From an uncultured bacterium (GTDB lineage Bacteria; Patescibacteriota; Minisyncoccia; Phycocordibacterales; CAIRYW01): a stretch of DNA of 64,000 nt. The position numbers and the translations under genes were made by a program. The stretch is from NCBI GenBank assembly GCA_963766885.1, contig CAVYBO010000001.1:196352-260351 (forward strand), read 5' to 3'. Below are positions 9,449-19,384 of this stretch, one piece after another. Every line of letters starts with the position of its first letter. Position 1 is the stretch's first letter. Under the pieces are notes generated by a model, which saw only the letters and a list, made by a program, of their open reading frames with translations, was not told where the DNA came from and did not search any database.

Positions 9449-9761
9449 TTTTTACAGTTATGCACAGTTTTTTGTTGACTAAATTTTGTTATGGTGTAAA
9501 TTTTGCATTTGTATGGCAATTGAAAATAAAATCCGCAAGCAAACCCCAATCGGCAAAAAACCCGGCTCCCGGAGCCAGGACCATTCCATCCGTCGCCGCC
9601 CGCGTCCGGCCGATAAGTCCTAGCGGATTTAGTTTCCCCCCGATCTTTCGATTTTGTTCGCCCAGCTTTTAGTTAAGCAGGGCAATTTTTATATAACACC
9701 CCCAACCCCTCTTAATTTAAGAGGGGCGCGAGCAAGACGAGCGGGGTGTTATAATCCCTTT

Positions 9762-10445
9762 ATGAATTTTCATGTAATAACATTGTTTCCAAAAATCATT
9801 GAAGGATACTTGTCCGACTCAATTGTTGCGCGCGCAATTCGCGAGAAAAAGATTTCTGTAAAATTTTATAATCCGCGCGATTTTGTCAAAACTTCTAAAT
9901 CCCAAAAAGGTAAAAAGAATCCATATCTACGTGTTGATCAAAAACCATACGGCGGAGGTCCGGGAATGGTCATAGAAGCCGAGCCAGTTATCAAAGCTGT
10001 TGAAAGCGCTTTAAAAAAAGTTAAAAAAGCGAATAAAGAAAAAGGCAGCGTGAAGATAATTCACCTAAGCCCGTCTGGCAAAAAGTTTTCAAATTCCTAT
10101 GCTCAAACTTTAGAGAAAAAATATTCAGACTTAATAATAATTTGCGGCAGATATGAGGGAATTGATGCCAGGGTGAAAAAAATTTTCAAAGGAGACGAAA
10201 TTTCTGTGGGAGACTTTGTGCTGACTGGCGGAGAAATTCCAGCGATGATATTTATTGATTCTATTTCCAGGCAAGTTGAAGGTGTACTAGGAAATGTGGA
10301 TTCTTGCGAAGAATCCAGAGAAGCATCAAGTGATGTCTATACGCGTCCAGAAGTGCTTACTTACAAAGGCAAAAAATACAAAGTACCGACAGTTTTACTC
10401 TCCGGACACCACAAAAAAATAGAAGAGTGGAGGAAAAGCAATTAA
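9762..10445 (+). CDS. trmD: tRNA (guanine37-N1)-methyltransferase
   Basis: MNFHVITLFPKIIEGYL...GRYEGIDARV...GDFVLTGGEIPAMIFIDSISR matches TrmD motifs. The ORF track extends upstream from a non-ATG start; ATG at 9762 fits the family. Confidence 0.9.
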   Translation: MNFHVITLFPKIIEGYLSDSIVARAIREKKISVKFYNPRDFVKTSKSQKGKKNPYLRVDQKPYGGGPGMVIEAEPVIKAVESALKKVKKANKEKGSVKIIHLSPSGKKFSNSYAQTLEKKYSDLIIICGRYEGIDARVKKIFKGDEISVGDFVLTGGEIPAMIFIDSISRQVEGVLGNVDSCEESREASSDVYTRPEVLTYKGKKYKVPTVLLSGHHKKIEEWRKSN

Positions 10446-10661
10446 TTAACCACTACACAACAAAAATCATGAAATGGCAATATTGCTTCAAATTGCGAAA
10501 TCAGTATAATGTTTGAACTTCAGGAAAGATTGAGTTTTGGACGAAGTAAGAAGTTTTTCATAAAAATTTATAAATAGAATCTTTCCGCTCTCCTAAAAAC
10601 AAAAGCGACACTCTATGCGTATTTTGTTTTTTGCGCCGCGGAGGAAATAAATAAAATAAAA

Positions 10662-13600
10662 ATGTCAACAAGCCCAAAAGAAAAGACAGCAGAAAGGACT
10701 GGTATTCGCACCGTAGTCAGTGCCAATACGAGGAACAAAAAATATTTTGAGAAATTCCGCAAGCCGCTTGCGGATCTTCCTGATTTAGTTGAAGGCCAGA
10801 CTAGAAGCTACAAATGGCTTGTCGAAAAAGGCCTCAAAGAAGTTTTTGATGAATTCGGAAAAATCAGCGATTATTCCGGCAAAAAATTTGAATTTAGTTT
10901 TGGAAAATTTGAATTAGGCGAGGCCAAGTTTGACGAGCATCATGCCAAAGAAAACAAATTGACTTTGGAAGCGTCGCTTAAAGTGATAGTCAAGCTCAAG
11001 AATAAAATCTTGGGTACAGAAAAAGAGCAGGAGGTATTTTTGGCGGATTTTCCTGTCCAGACTGGCCATGGAACATTTATTGTAAACGGAATTGAAAGAG
11101 TAATCGTGCCCCAGCTTGCCAGAAGTTTCGGGGTTTTTTTTACTGCCAATGAATCCAAAGGCTTTAATCTGTTTGGAGCCAAAATCATTCCAGCCCGCGG
11201 AGCTTGGGTTGAAATTGAAACAGAATCAGATGGCGCAGTCTACGTAAGAATCGACAGAAAAAGAAAGTTTCCGATTACGTCGCTTCTCAGGGCTTTTGGA
11301 CTAAAGACAAATGAGGATATTTTAAAAGCATTCAAAGATTCTCCTGCTAAAAAACAAATTGAAACTACTTTGGCAAAAGACCACGCCAAAACTCAAGAAG
11401 AATCGTTCATAGAAATTCACAAACGCCAAAGAGACGGGGACCTGGCTACAGCCGAAAACGCCAAAGAATTCGTACTTGGACTTTTTGAAGAGGAAAGATA
11501 CGACATTTCCAGAGTGGGACGACACAGGTTTAACAAGAGGTTTGAAAAGAGCATGGACGAAAAGGCTTTGACAAGAAAAACTCTTAGTCTTGATGATATT
11601 GTCACTATTGTTGGACACTTGGCATTCCTAAATTCAAACCCAGAAGCCAATGCTGACGACATAGATCATCTTGGGTCCAGAAGGGTACGATTTGTTGGGG
11701 AACTGCTTCAGCAAAAAATCCGAGTAGGAATGACCCAGATCAAAAGAAACATTCAAAACAGAATGTCTACGATTGATACTGAATCAAATCTTCCTGTTCA
11801 GTTTATTTCACCTCGTCCGCTGCAGGCTAGGATCAAAGAATTTTTCACTACCAACCAATTGTCGCAATTTATGCAGCAGGAAAACGTTTTGACAGAGCTT
11901 GAACACCTACGAGTGCTTTCCGCGCTTGGTCCTGGAGGACTTACAAGAGAAAGGGCGGGGTTTGAGGTTCGTGATGTACACCCTTCTCACTACGGAAGAA
12001 TTTGTCCTATTCACACCCCAGAAGGTCCTAACATCGGTCTAGTGCTTCACTTGGCTTCCTATGCCAGAATCAATGATTTTGGAATGATTGAGACTCCTTA
12101 TGCCAAAGTCAAAGATGGAAAGGTTACTAAAGAGATTTTATATTTTAACGCTCTTGAAGAAGAGGGTTATGTTATTGCACATGCTGCAACTCCTGTTGAT
12201 GAAAAAGGAATGATTGTTAACGACACTGTTGAAGTGCGAATCAAAGGTGTTCCAGGGCACGTTTCAAAAGACAAAGTAACGCTTATGGATATTGCTACTA
12301 ACCAGGCTTTTTCTATCGCAACATCAATGATTCCTTTTCTTAACCACGACGAAGCCAACAGAACCCTGATGGCATCCAACATGCAAAAGCAGGCTGTGCC
12401 TTGCATAGTGCCTGAAGCACCGCTTGTTGCTACAGGAATTGAAAAACGCGCGGCAAGAGATACGGGCAGAGTGATTTTTGCAGAGGATGAAGGAGTTGTA
12501 GCGCATTCTGATGCGGAAAGAGTTGTTATTAAATACCTGACTGCGCAGGCAGGTGGGAGAAAAGAAAAAGAATACAGGCTTGCAAAATTTGAAAGAACAA
12601 ACCAATTTACAGCTTTTCACCAAAGACCAACGGTTTCTGTTGGAGAAAAAGTTTCAAAAGGAGATGTATTAGCTGACGCATCAACAACAGTGGACGGAGA
12701 AATGGCAATCGGGCAGAATATTTTAGTTGGTTTTATGACATGGTCGGGCCAAAATTACGAGGATGCCATTGTATTGTCTGAAAAGCTTGTCAAAGAAAGC
12801 AAGTTTACTTCAATTCATGTTGAAGAATTTGTGGTTAATGTGCGAGACACAAAACTTGGTCCTGAAGTGACTACTCATGACATTCCAAACGTCGGTGAAA
12901 TGAAACTCCGAAATTTAGATGAAGAAGGAGTTGTCAGAATCGGGGCGGAAGTTCGTCCAGGGGATATTTTGGTAGGTAAAATTACTCCAAAAGGAGAAAC
13001 CCAATTGACTCCAGAAGAAAGATTGCTTCGTTCTATATTTGGAGAAAAGTCCCGCGATGTCAAAGATACATCCAAGAGAATGGAAAACGGAAAAAGGGGC
13101 AGAATTATCGGCGTTAAAGTTTTTTCAAGGGAAAAGGGTGACAAATTGGAATCAGGAATAATCAAAAGAATCCATATTGAAATCGCGCAGCTTAGAAATG
13201 TTTCTGTCGGCGACAAGCTTGCAGGACGCCACGGCAACAAAGGAGTCATCTCAATTGTTCTTCCAGAAGAAGACATGCCTTATATGGCTGATGGAACTCC
13301 AATTGACGTGGTGCTTACTCCGCTTGGAGTGCCATCCAGAATGAACTTGGGACAAATTCTTGAAATTCATCTTGGTCTTGCCGCTAATACTTTGGACTAT
13401 CAAGCAATCGTGCCTCCATTTGCAGGAGCAACAGATACTGAAATCAAAACAGAACTGAAAGAATCCGGATTCAAGGAAAACGGTAAAATGAAACTTTATG
13501 ACGGACGCACTGGCAAGGCTTTTGAACAGGAAATCGCAGTTGGCTATATGTACATTTTGAAGCTTCATCACATGGTTGAAGACAAAATCCACATGCGCTC

Positions 13601-13916
13601 AATTGGTCCGTACTCGCTTATCACTCAGCAGCCGCTTGGAGGAAAGGCTCAAAACGGAGGACAAAGATTCGGAGAAATGGAAGTCTGGGCTCTTTTGGGA
13701 CACGGCGTTGCTTACATGCTTCGTGAAATTTTGACCGTCAAATCAGACGATATCCAGGGCAGGTCTGCAACATTTGATGCCATTGTCCGAGGAGAGCGAA
13801 TCACAAATCATAATTCACCCGCATCATTTAATGTGCTTTTAGCCAATTTACGAGGCCTTGCGCTTGATGTGGTATTAAATCGGTCGAAGATAGGCAAAGA
13901 CGAAGTTAGCAAATAA
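10662..13916 (+). CDS. rpoB: DNA-directed RNA polymerase subunit beta
   Basis: 1084 aa with GPGGLTRERAGFEVRDVHPSHYGRICPIHTPEGPNIGL and the C-terminal NGGQRFGEMEVWAL motif. Confidence 0.95.
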   Translation: MSTSPKEKTAERTGIRTVVSANTRNKKYFEKFRKPLADLPDLVEGQTRSYKWLVEKGLKEVFDEFGKISDYSGKKFEFSFGKFELGEAKFDEHHAKENKLTLEASLKVIVKLKNKILGTEKEQEVFLADFPVQTGHGTFIVNGIERVIVPQLARSFGVFFTANESKGFNLFGAKIIPARGAWVEIETESDGAVYVRIDRKRKFPITSLLRAFGLKTNEDILKAFKDSPAKKQIETTLAKDHAKTQEESFIEIHKRQRDGDLATAENAKEFVLGLFEEERYDISRVGRHRFNKRFEKSMDEKALTRKTLSLDDIVTIVGHLAFLNSNPEANADDIDHLGSRRVRFVGELLQQKIRVGMTQIKRNIQNRMSTIDTESNLPVQFISPRPLQARIKEFFTTNQLSQFMQQENVLTELEHLRVLSALGPGGLTRERAGFEVRDVHPSHYGRICPIHTPEGPNIGLVLHLASYARINDFGMIETPYAKVKDGKVTKEILYFNALEEEGYVIAHAATPVDEKGMIVNDTVEVRIKGVPGHVSKDKVTLMDIATNQAFSIATSMIPFLNHDEANRTLMASNMQKQAVPCIVPEAPLVATGIEKRAARDTGRVIFAEDEGVVAHSDAERVVIKYLTAQAGGRKEKEYRLAKFERTNQFTAFHQRPTVSVGEKVSKGDVLADASTTVDGEMAIGQNILVGFMTWSGQNYEDAIVLSEKLVKESKFTSIHVEEFVVNVRDTKLGPEVTTHDIPNVGEMKLRNLDEEGVVRIGAEVRPGDILVGKITPKGETQLTPEERLLRSIFGEKSRDVKDTSKRMENGKRGRIIGVKVFSREKGDKLESGIIKRIHIEIAQLRNVSVGDKLAGRHGNKGVISIVLPEEDMPYMADGTPIDVVLTPLGVPSRMNLGQILEIHLGLAANTLDYQAIVPPFAGATDTEIKTELKESGFKENGKMKLYDGRTGKAFEQEIAVGYMYILKLHHMVEDKIHMRSIGPYSLITQQPLGGKAQNGGQRFGEMEVWALLGHGVAYMLREILTVKSDDIQGRSATFDAIVRGERITNHNSPASFNVLLANLRGLALDVVLNRSKIGKDEVSK

Positions 13917-13955
13917 TGCTAATAATTTAAAAATAAATTTTAAAAAACAATTCAA

Positions 13956-15161
13956 ATGCCAATACAAAAGAAAAAAGAAACTCAAAATTTTGAATCAATC
14001 AGTTTAAGAATTGCTTCGCCTGAGCGAATCAGAGAATGGTCCTACGGTGAAGTAACCAAACCTGAGACTATGAACTACCGAACCCAGCGTTCCGAGAAAA
14101 ACGGTCTTTTTGATGAAAAAATATTCGGCCCCGACAAAGATTTTGAATGCTATTGCGGAAAATACCGCGGTATCAGGTACAAGGGAATTATTTGCGAAAA
14201 ATGCGGAGTTGAAATTACCAGATCGATTGTCAGAAGAGAGCGCATGGGACACATTGAGCTTTCAACCCCTGTTGCGCACATATGGTTTTTACGCAGTATG
14301 CCTTCAAGAATTTCTCTGATTCTTGGCATTCCTTCAGCCGATGTTGAAAAAGTTGTTTATTTTGCAGGTTACCTTGTCACTAAAGTAAATGACAATGAAA
14401 AAAGAAGAGTGCTTGCGGAGCTTGATACTGAATTCAAGAACAAACTGAAAAATATTCAGGATGACAAAACCAAAGAAGCTATCAAGGAGCTATTTCTCCA
14501 AACCAAAAGCGAAATTGAAAGCATAAATACAGGTGTCGTATTGGATGAAATTCACTATCATAAGCATTCCCTTAAATACGGAACAATTTTTGAAGCCTCA
14601 ATCGGAGCAGAGGCGGTTTATAATCTCTTCAAGCATATTGACCTAAAAAAATTAAAGGACGAATTGGAGAAGGCTCTTGAAGAAGCTGGCGCTCAAGAAA
14701 AAGATAAAATTAACAAGAGGTTGGGGATCATTAAAGGAATGCTTGAAGCGGGCATCAAGCCGGAATGGATGTTTTTGACAACTATCCCTGTGATTCCCGC
14801 AGCGCTTAGGCCAATGGTTGCTCTTGACGGAGGAAGGCATGCAACCGCTGATGTTAATGATCTCTACAGAAGAGTCATCAACAGAAACAACAGGTTAAGG
14901 AAACTCAAGGAAATCAACGCGCCGGATGTAATTCTCAGAAACGAGAAAAGAATTTTACAGGAAGCGGTTGATGTTTTGATAGATAATTCAATTAAGCATG
15001 GCAACAATTCCTTTATTGGCTTGGGTCAAGCGCAAAGAAGGCCGCTTAAATCTCTTTCCGACAATCTTAAAGGAAAGCGTGGCCTTTTCAGGCAGAACCT
15101 TTTAGGAAAAAGAGTTGACTACTCAGGACGTATCTGTAATTGTTGTGGGTCCAGATCTTAA
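13956..15161 (+). CDS. rpoC: DNA-directed RNA polymerase subunit beta', 5' segment (frame interrupted near 15132)
   Basis: N-terminal zinc-finger region CYCGKYRGIRYKGIICEKCGVEI, with LGKRVDYSGR at its end. The frame then runs ICNCCGSRS-stop, whereas the +1 frame continues the conserved SVIVVGPDLKL. Confidence 0.85.
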   Translation: MPIQKKKETQNFESISLRIASPERIREWSYGEVTKPETMNYRTQRSEKNGLFDEKIFGPDKDFECYCGKYRGIRYKGIICEKCGVEITRSIVRRERMGHIELSTPVAHIWFLRSMPSRISLILGIPSADVEKVVYFAGYLVTKVNDNEKRRVLAELDTEFKNKLKNIQDDKTKEAIKELFLQTKSEIESINTGVVLDEIHYHKHSLKYGTIFEASIGAEAVYNLFKHIDLKKLKDELEKALEEAGAQEKDKINKRLGIIKGMLEAGIKPEWMFLTTIPVIPAALRPMVALDGGRHATADVNDLYRRVINRNNRLRKLKEINAPDVILRNEKRILQEAVDVLIDNSIKHGNNSFIGLGQAQRRPLKSLSDNLKGKRGLFRQNLLGKRVDYSGRICNCCGSRS

Positions 15162-17631
15162 ACTCAACGAATGCGGACTTCCAAAACATATGGCTTTAGA
15201 GCTTTTCAGGCCATTTATTATTGCTCAAGTTTTGAAAAGAGAACTGGCTTACAACATTAGGGGCGCATCCAGACTTATTGAAGACGGCGCGCCGGAAGTT
15301 TGGGAAATTCTTGATGAAGTTATCAAAGACAAATACGTATTGCTGAATCGCGCACCAACCCTTCATAGGCTTGGAATTCAAGCGTTCAAACCTATTTTGA
15401 TTGAAGGAAACGCCGTTAGAGTGCATCCTCTTGTCTGTACAGCTTTTAACGCAGACTTTGACGGAGACCAAATGGCTGTGCATGTGCCGCTTTCTGAAGA
15501 GGCTCAGATGGAAGCCAGGGAGATTATGGCATCGGACAAAAACATTCTAAAGCCAGGTAGCGGAAATTTGATCGCATCTGTTGATAAACTTGATATCGTG
15601 CTTGGTGTTTATTGGATGACTACAATTATTGAAGGAGAATTGGGAGAAGGGACATATTTTGAAAGTCCTTCATCTGCGATTGCCGCTTTCAACTTCGACT
15701 ATCTTTCTTTTCGGGCAAAAATTAATATTTTGAAGCCAAAAGGCATAAAGTTTGAAGCTATAGGTGAAAATATAATTGAAACATCTGTAGGTAGAATTCT
15801 TTTCAATGAACTTTTACCAGATGAATATCCGTTTCTAAATAAGGAAGTGGACAAAAAAACAATGGCTGCTCTGATGTCTGATCTAATGTCCCGATATGGC
15901 GTAGATAAGCTTGCTCCAATCTTGGATAAGATCAAAGCTTTTGGATTCAAGTATGTTACCCAATCCGGAATCACTTGGGGTATTGACGATATCAAAGTTC
16001 CCGAAGCTAAAAAAGGAATAATTGAAAAAGCCAGAGGAAAAGAGAGTGAAGTTATAGGGCAGTTTAGGGACGGTCTTTTGTCAGAAGAAGAGAGAATCAG
16101 GAAAAATATTGAAATCTGGCACTCAGCTAAAGCGGAAATTGAAAAAATAATTCCTGAAAATATGGACAAAAGAGGTTCTGTTTATGATATGTGGAAGTCT
16201 GGCGCCAGAGGCTCAACTTCCCAAATTACTCAGATGTCTGGTATGAAAGGTTTGATCCAAAACACAGCAGGAGAAACAATCGAATTCCCAATAGTTTCTT
16301 CATCCAAAGAAGGTCTCAATCCTATTGAATATTTTATTACCACTCACGGTTCGAGAAAAGGTCTTACCGATACAGCGCTTAATACCGCAAAGGCTGGCTA
16401 CCTAACAAGAAGACTTTTCGTTGCGGCACAGGATGTAATCACAACTGAAAAAGATTGTGGCACCAAGGAGGGGATTTTGCTTAAAAAAGAAAGCGCATCA
16501 GGAATTGAAACAGCCATTTCCAAAAGTATGAAGGGAAGGGTTCTTTCAGAAGACCTCAAAAACTCCAAAGGAGAAATAATTTTTCCAAAAGGGTACCTCG
16601 TTAAGGACGAAGATTTTCCAGCTATAGAAAAAGAAAATATTCAGGAAGTTTTTGTTCGTTCTCCCTTAACCTGCAAAACTAAAAGCGGAGTATGTACGAT
16701 GTGCTACGGGTTAGATTTGGGAAAGAACAGATTGATTGATTTAGGCGAAGCTGTTGGGACAATTGCGGCACAGGCAATCGGTGAGCCGGGCACCCAGCTT
16801 ACAATGAGAACCTTCCATGCTGGAGGTACAGCTCAAATCGGTGGAGACATCACTCAAGGTTTGCCTAGAGTGGAAGAAGTTTTTGAAAAAAGGAAGCCAA
16901 AAAATCCCGCTATAGTCTCCAAGACAGACGGCGTGGTGACAGAGGTTGTTGGTTCTGGCAGAGATAAGAAGATCGTTGTTATTCCGGAGCTTGAAGAAAA
17001 ATCAAAATCAAAAAAGCAGGCCCTTGAATATGAGGTTCACCGCTTGAGAACACCCTTGGTTAAAGTTGGAGCCAAAGTTTTAAAAGGCGATTTGTTGACG
17101 GATGGTTCGGCGGACATTGATGAATTATTCAAATATGCAGGCAAGGAAAAAGCTGAAAATTATATTATTTCTGAAATCAAAAAGCTTTATGAACTTCAAG
17201 GAGAAGCCGTATCTAGAAAGCATATTGAGGTTATCGTTAAGCAGATGTTTTCAAGAATCAAAATCAAAAAGGCGGGCAACACTGTTTTTGCTGAAGGGGC
17301 GATTGTTGAATGGAGCGAATTGGCAGAAGAAAATGCCAAAATGAAAGAAGCTGAAAAAGAAGAGGCAAAAGGAGAACAGGTGGTTTTGGGTATTACCGAC
17401 GTCTCGCTTTCAAGACAGAGCTTCCTTTCAGCTGCTTCTTTCCAGCACACAACAAGAGTTCTAATCCAATCGGCAGCGCAAGGCGCTGAAGACAGACTTA
17501 CTGGCCTTATGGAAAACGTTATTCTAGGAAGACTTATTCCAGCAGGTACCGGTTACAAACAAAGTGAAAAGGCAAAAATGATTAATGACCTCAAGGATAC
17601 ATATAGAGATCAGGAAAGTTCGGAAAATTAA
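15115..17631 (+). CDS. rpoC: DNA-directed RNA polymerase subunit beta', 3' segment
   Basis: Contains SVIVVGPDLKLNECGLPKHMALELF, the catalytic NADFDGDQMAVHVPLS loop and the C-terminal regions. Confidence 0.85.
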   Translation: MTTQDVSVIVVGPDLKLNECGLPKHMALELFRPFIIAQVLKRELAYNIRGASRLIEDGAPEVWEILDEVIKDKYVLLNRAPTLHRLGIQAFKPILIEGNAVRVHPLVCTAFNADFDGDQMAVHVPLSEEAQMEAREIMASDKNILKPGSGNLIASVDKLDIVLGVYWMTTIIEGELGEGTYFESPSSAIAAFNFDYLSFRAKINILKPKGIKFEAIGENIIETSVGRILFNELLPDEYPFLNKEVDKKTMAALMSDLMSRYGVDKLAPILDKIKAFGFKYVTQSGITWGIDDIKVPEAKKGIIEKARGKESEVIGQFRDGLLSEEERIRKNIEIWHSAKAEIEKIIPENMDKRGSVYDMWKSGARGSTSQITQMSGMKGLIQNTAGETIEFPIVSSSKEGLNPIEYFITTHGSRKGLTDTALNTAKAGYLTRRLFVAAQDVITTEKDCGTKEGILLKKESASGIETAISKSMKGRVLSEDLKNSKGEIIFPKGYLVKDEDFPAIEKENIQEVFVRSPLTCKTKSGVCTMCYGLDLGKNRLIDLGEAVGTIAAQAIGEPGTQLTMRTFHAGGTAQIGGDITQGLPRVEEVFEKRKPKNPAIVSKTDGVVTEVVGSGRDKKIVVIPELEEKSKSKKQALEYEVHRLRTPLVKVGAKVLKGDLLTDGSADIDELFKYAGKEKAENYIISEIKKLYELQGEAVSRKHIEVIVKQMFSRIKIKKAGNTVFAEGAIVEWSELAEENAKMKEAEKEEAKGEQVVLGITDVSLSRQSFLSAASFQHTTRVLIQSAAQGAEDRLTGLMENVILGRLIPAGTGYKQSEKAKMINDLKDTYRDQESSEN

Positions 17632-17698
17632 TTTAAAATTCCCGGCCTATATTCTGTAGGGAAATAGTTCCCGACTAGGTTATAAATGCGAATTATAA

Positions 17699-19369
17699 AT
17701 GTCCTCAACAGTTGAAAAAATCAAAGGCAAGCTCTCCATTGAAGAAGTGGTTGGTTCTTATCTTACTTTGGAAAAATCTGGGACATACATGAAGGCTAAG
17801 TGCCCATTTCATCAGGAAAAGAGTGCGTCTTTTTATGTTTCTCCTGATCGCGGAACATTTTATTGTTTCGGCTGTGGCGCCAAGGGAGATATTTTTTCCT
17901 TTGTCGAAGAAATGGAGGCTGTGGATTTTTTAGGCGCTCTAAAAATTCTGTCTGAGCGCTCTGGAGTGCCGATTGAATATGAAAATAAAATTGAAAAAAG
18001 CCAGAAGGAAAAGATTTTTGAGATTATGGAAGAAGCTACTGAATTTTTCGAGCAGAATCTCAAAAATTCCGTTGATGCCCTTTTATATCTTAAGGGAAGA
18101 GGAATTTCAATTGAATCGCTCAAAAAATTCAGAGTAGGATTTGCTCCAGATGAATGGCGATTGCTTTCAGAGACTCTTGGCAAAAATTGGAAGGCAGAAG
18201 AGCTTTTTTCCGCTGGACTTATAAAAAAGGGACCCAAGGGAAATTACGATGCATTCAGAGGTAGGATTATGTTCCCGATTTTTGACGCAAGTGGCAGGAT
18301 AATCGCTTTTTCTGGCAGAACGATCAAAAAAGATACTGAAGAGGCCAAATATATCAACAGTCCGGAGACTCCCGTTTTTGAAAAAAGCAAAACTCTTTAC
18401 GGTATTAATTTTGCTAAAGAAGCAATTAAAGAGAAAAAGCATGCAGTGCTTGTGGAGGGTCAGATAGATCTTGTAATGAGTCATCAGGCTGGCGTCTTAA
18501 ATACTGTTGCCACTTCAGGTACCAGCCTTACGTATGAACATTTGGCCTATCTAAAGCGAATTACGGACGAAATTGTCATTTCTTTTGATTCGGACAATGC
18601 TGGAGTCGGAGCTTCATTTCGTGCCGCGCTCATGGCTCTTGAAAAAGGGTTCAAAGTTCGATCTTCAATCATTACTTCAGGCAAAGATCCGGCTGATATT
18701 GCTAAAGAAAATCCTGAGTCTTGGAAAAAATCTGTGGAGGATGCTCCAAATGTAGTGGATTATTTTATTTCAATAGCCAAACAAAAAAATGAGGCCGAAT
18801 CAGATAAAATTATCAAAACTCAAATTTTACCGCTCATAAGGGCTATTGAAAGTCCTATCGATCAGTCTAGATTTTTGAGTAAGTTGAGCGGCAATTTTGG
18901 CCTTCCGGAAGATTCTTTAAGGGAGGAAATGCAGAAAATTTCCATTGAAGAAATTGCCGGAACGCCAAAGACAGAGAGCAAAGCCAGTAAAAAAATAAAA
19001 GGCAATTTGCGCAAGGCTATTTCGATGCTCTTGGTTTTGGAGGAAACTGATAAAAAAGCCGCAGAAGAATTCAAGAACGCAGTTACGAGTATTGTAGAAC
19101 TTGAAGAAATTCCAGATAATGAAAAAGAGGAAATATATTTTGAGGGTAAGATTCATTATGGCGACAAGGATTTTTTAAAGTACCAAAAAGACCTGCTTTA
19201 CATGCTTGAAGATGAGAAACTTCGTGAAAAGCTTTCAAAGACAATGGAAAATCTAAAAAAGGCCGAAGCAGTCAGGGATAAAGACAACGAACTGCTTTTG
19301 CTAAAGGATTTTCAGGAAGTTTCTTTAAAGTTGTCAGAATTGCGCAAAAAATATGATATTATTAAATAA
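17699..19369 (+). CDS. dnaG: DNA primase
   Basis: CHC2 zinc finger CPFHQEKSASFYVSPDRGTFYCFGCGAKGD followed by a TOPRIM region. 556 aa. Confidence 0.9.
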   Translation: MSSTVEKIKGKLSIEEVVGSYLTLEKSGTYMKAKCPFHQEKSASFYVSPDRGTFYCFGCGAKGDIFSFVEEMEAVDFLGALKILSERSGVPIEYENKIEKSQKEKIFEIMEEATEFFEQNLKNSVDALLYLKGRGISIESLKKFRVGFAPDEWRLLSETLGKNWKAEELFSAGLIKKGPKGNYDAFRGRIMFPIFDASGRIIAFSGRTIKKDTEEAKYINSPETPVFEKSKTLYGINFAKEAIKEKKHAVLVEGQIDLVMSHQAGVLNTVATSGTSLTYEHLAYLKRITDEIVISFDSDNAGVGASFRAALMALEKGFKVRSSIITSGKDPADIAKENPESWKKSVEDAPNVVDYFISIAKQKNEAESDKIIKTQILPLIRAIESPIDQSRFLSKLSGNFGLPEDSLREEMQKISIEEIAGTPKTESKASKKIKGNLRKAISMLLVLEETDKKAAEEFKNAVTSIVELEEIPDNEKEEIYFEGKIHYGDKDFLKYQKDLLYMLEDEKLREKLSKTMENLKKAEAVRDKDNELLLLKDFQEVSLKLSELRKKYDIIK

Positions 19370-19384
19370 TTAATTTTTCCCCAC

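Noticed and set aside
9540-9650. Possible RNase P RNA (CCGGCTCC / CTTATCGG-like strings)
   Set aside because: The region is only about 200-300 nt. The universally conserved P4 strands (AGGAAAGUCCGGGCU ... ACAGAANCCGGCUUA) are not present on either strand. The resemblance is limited to short GC strings.
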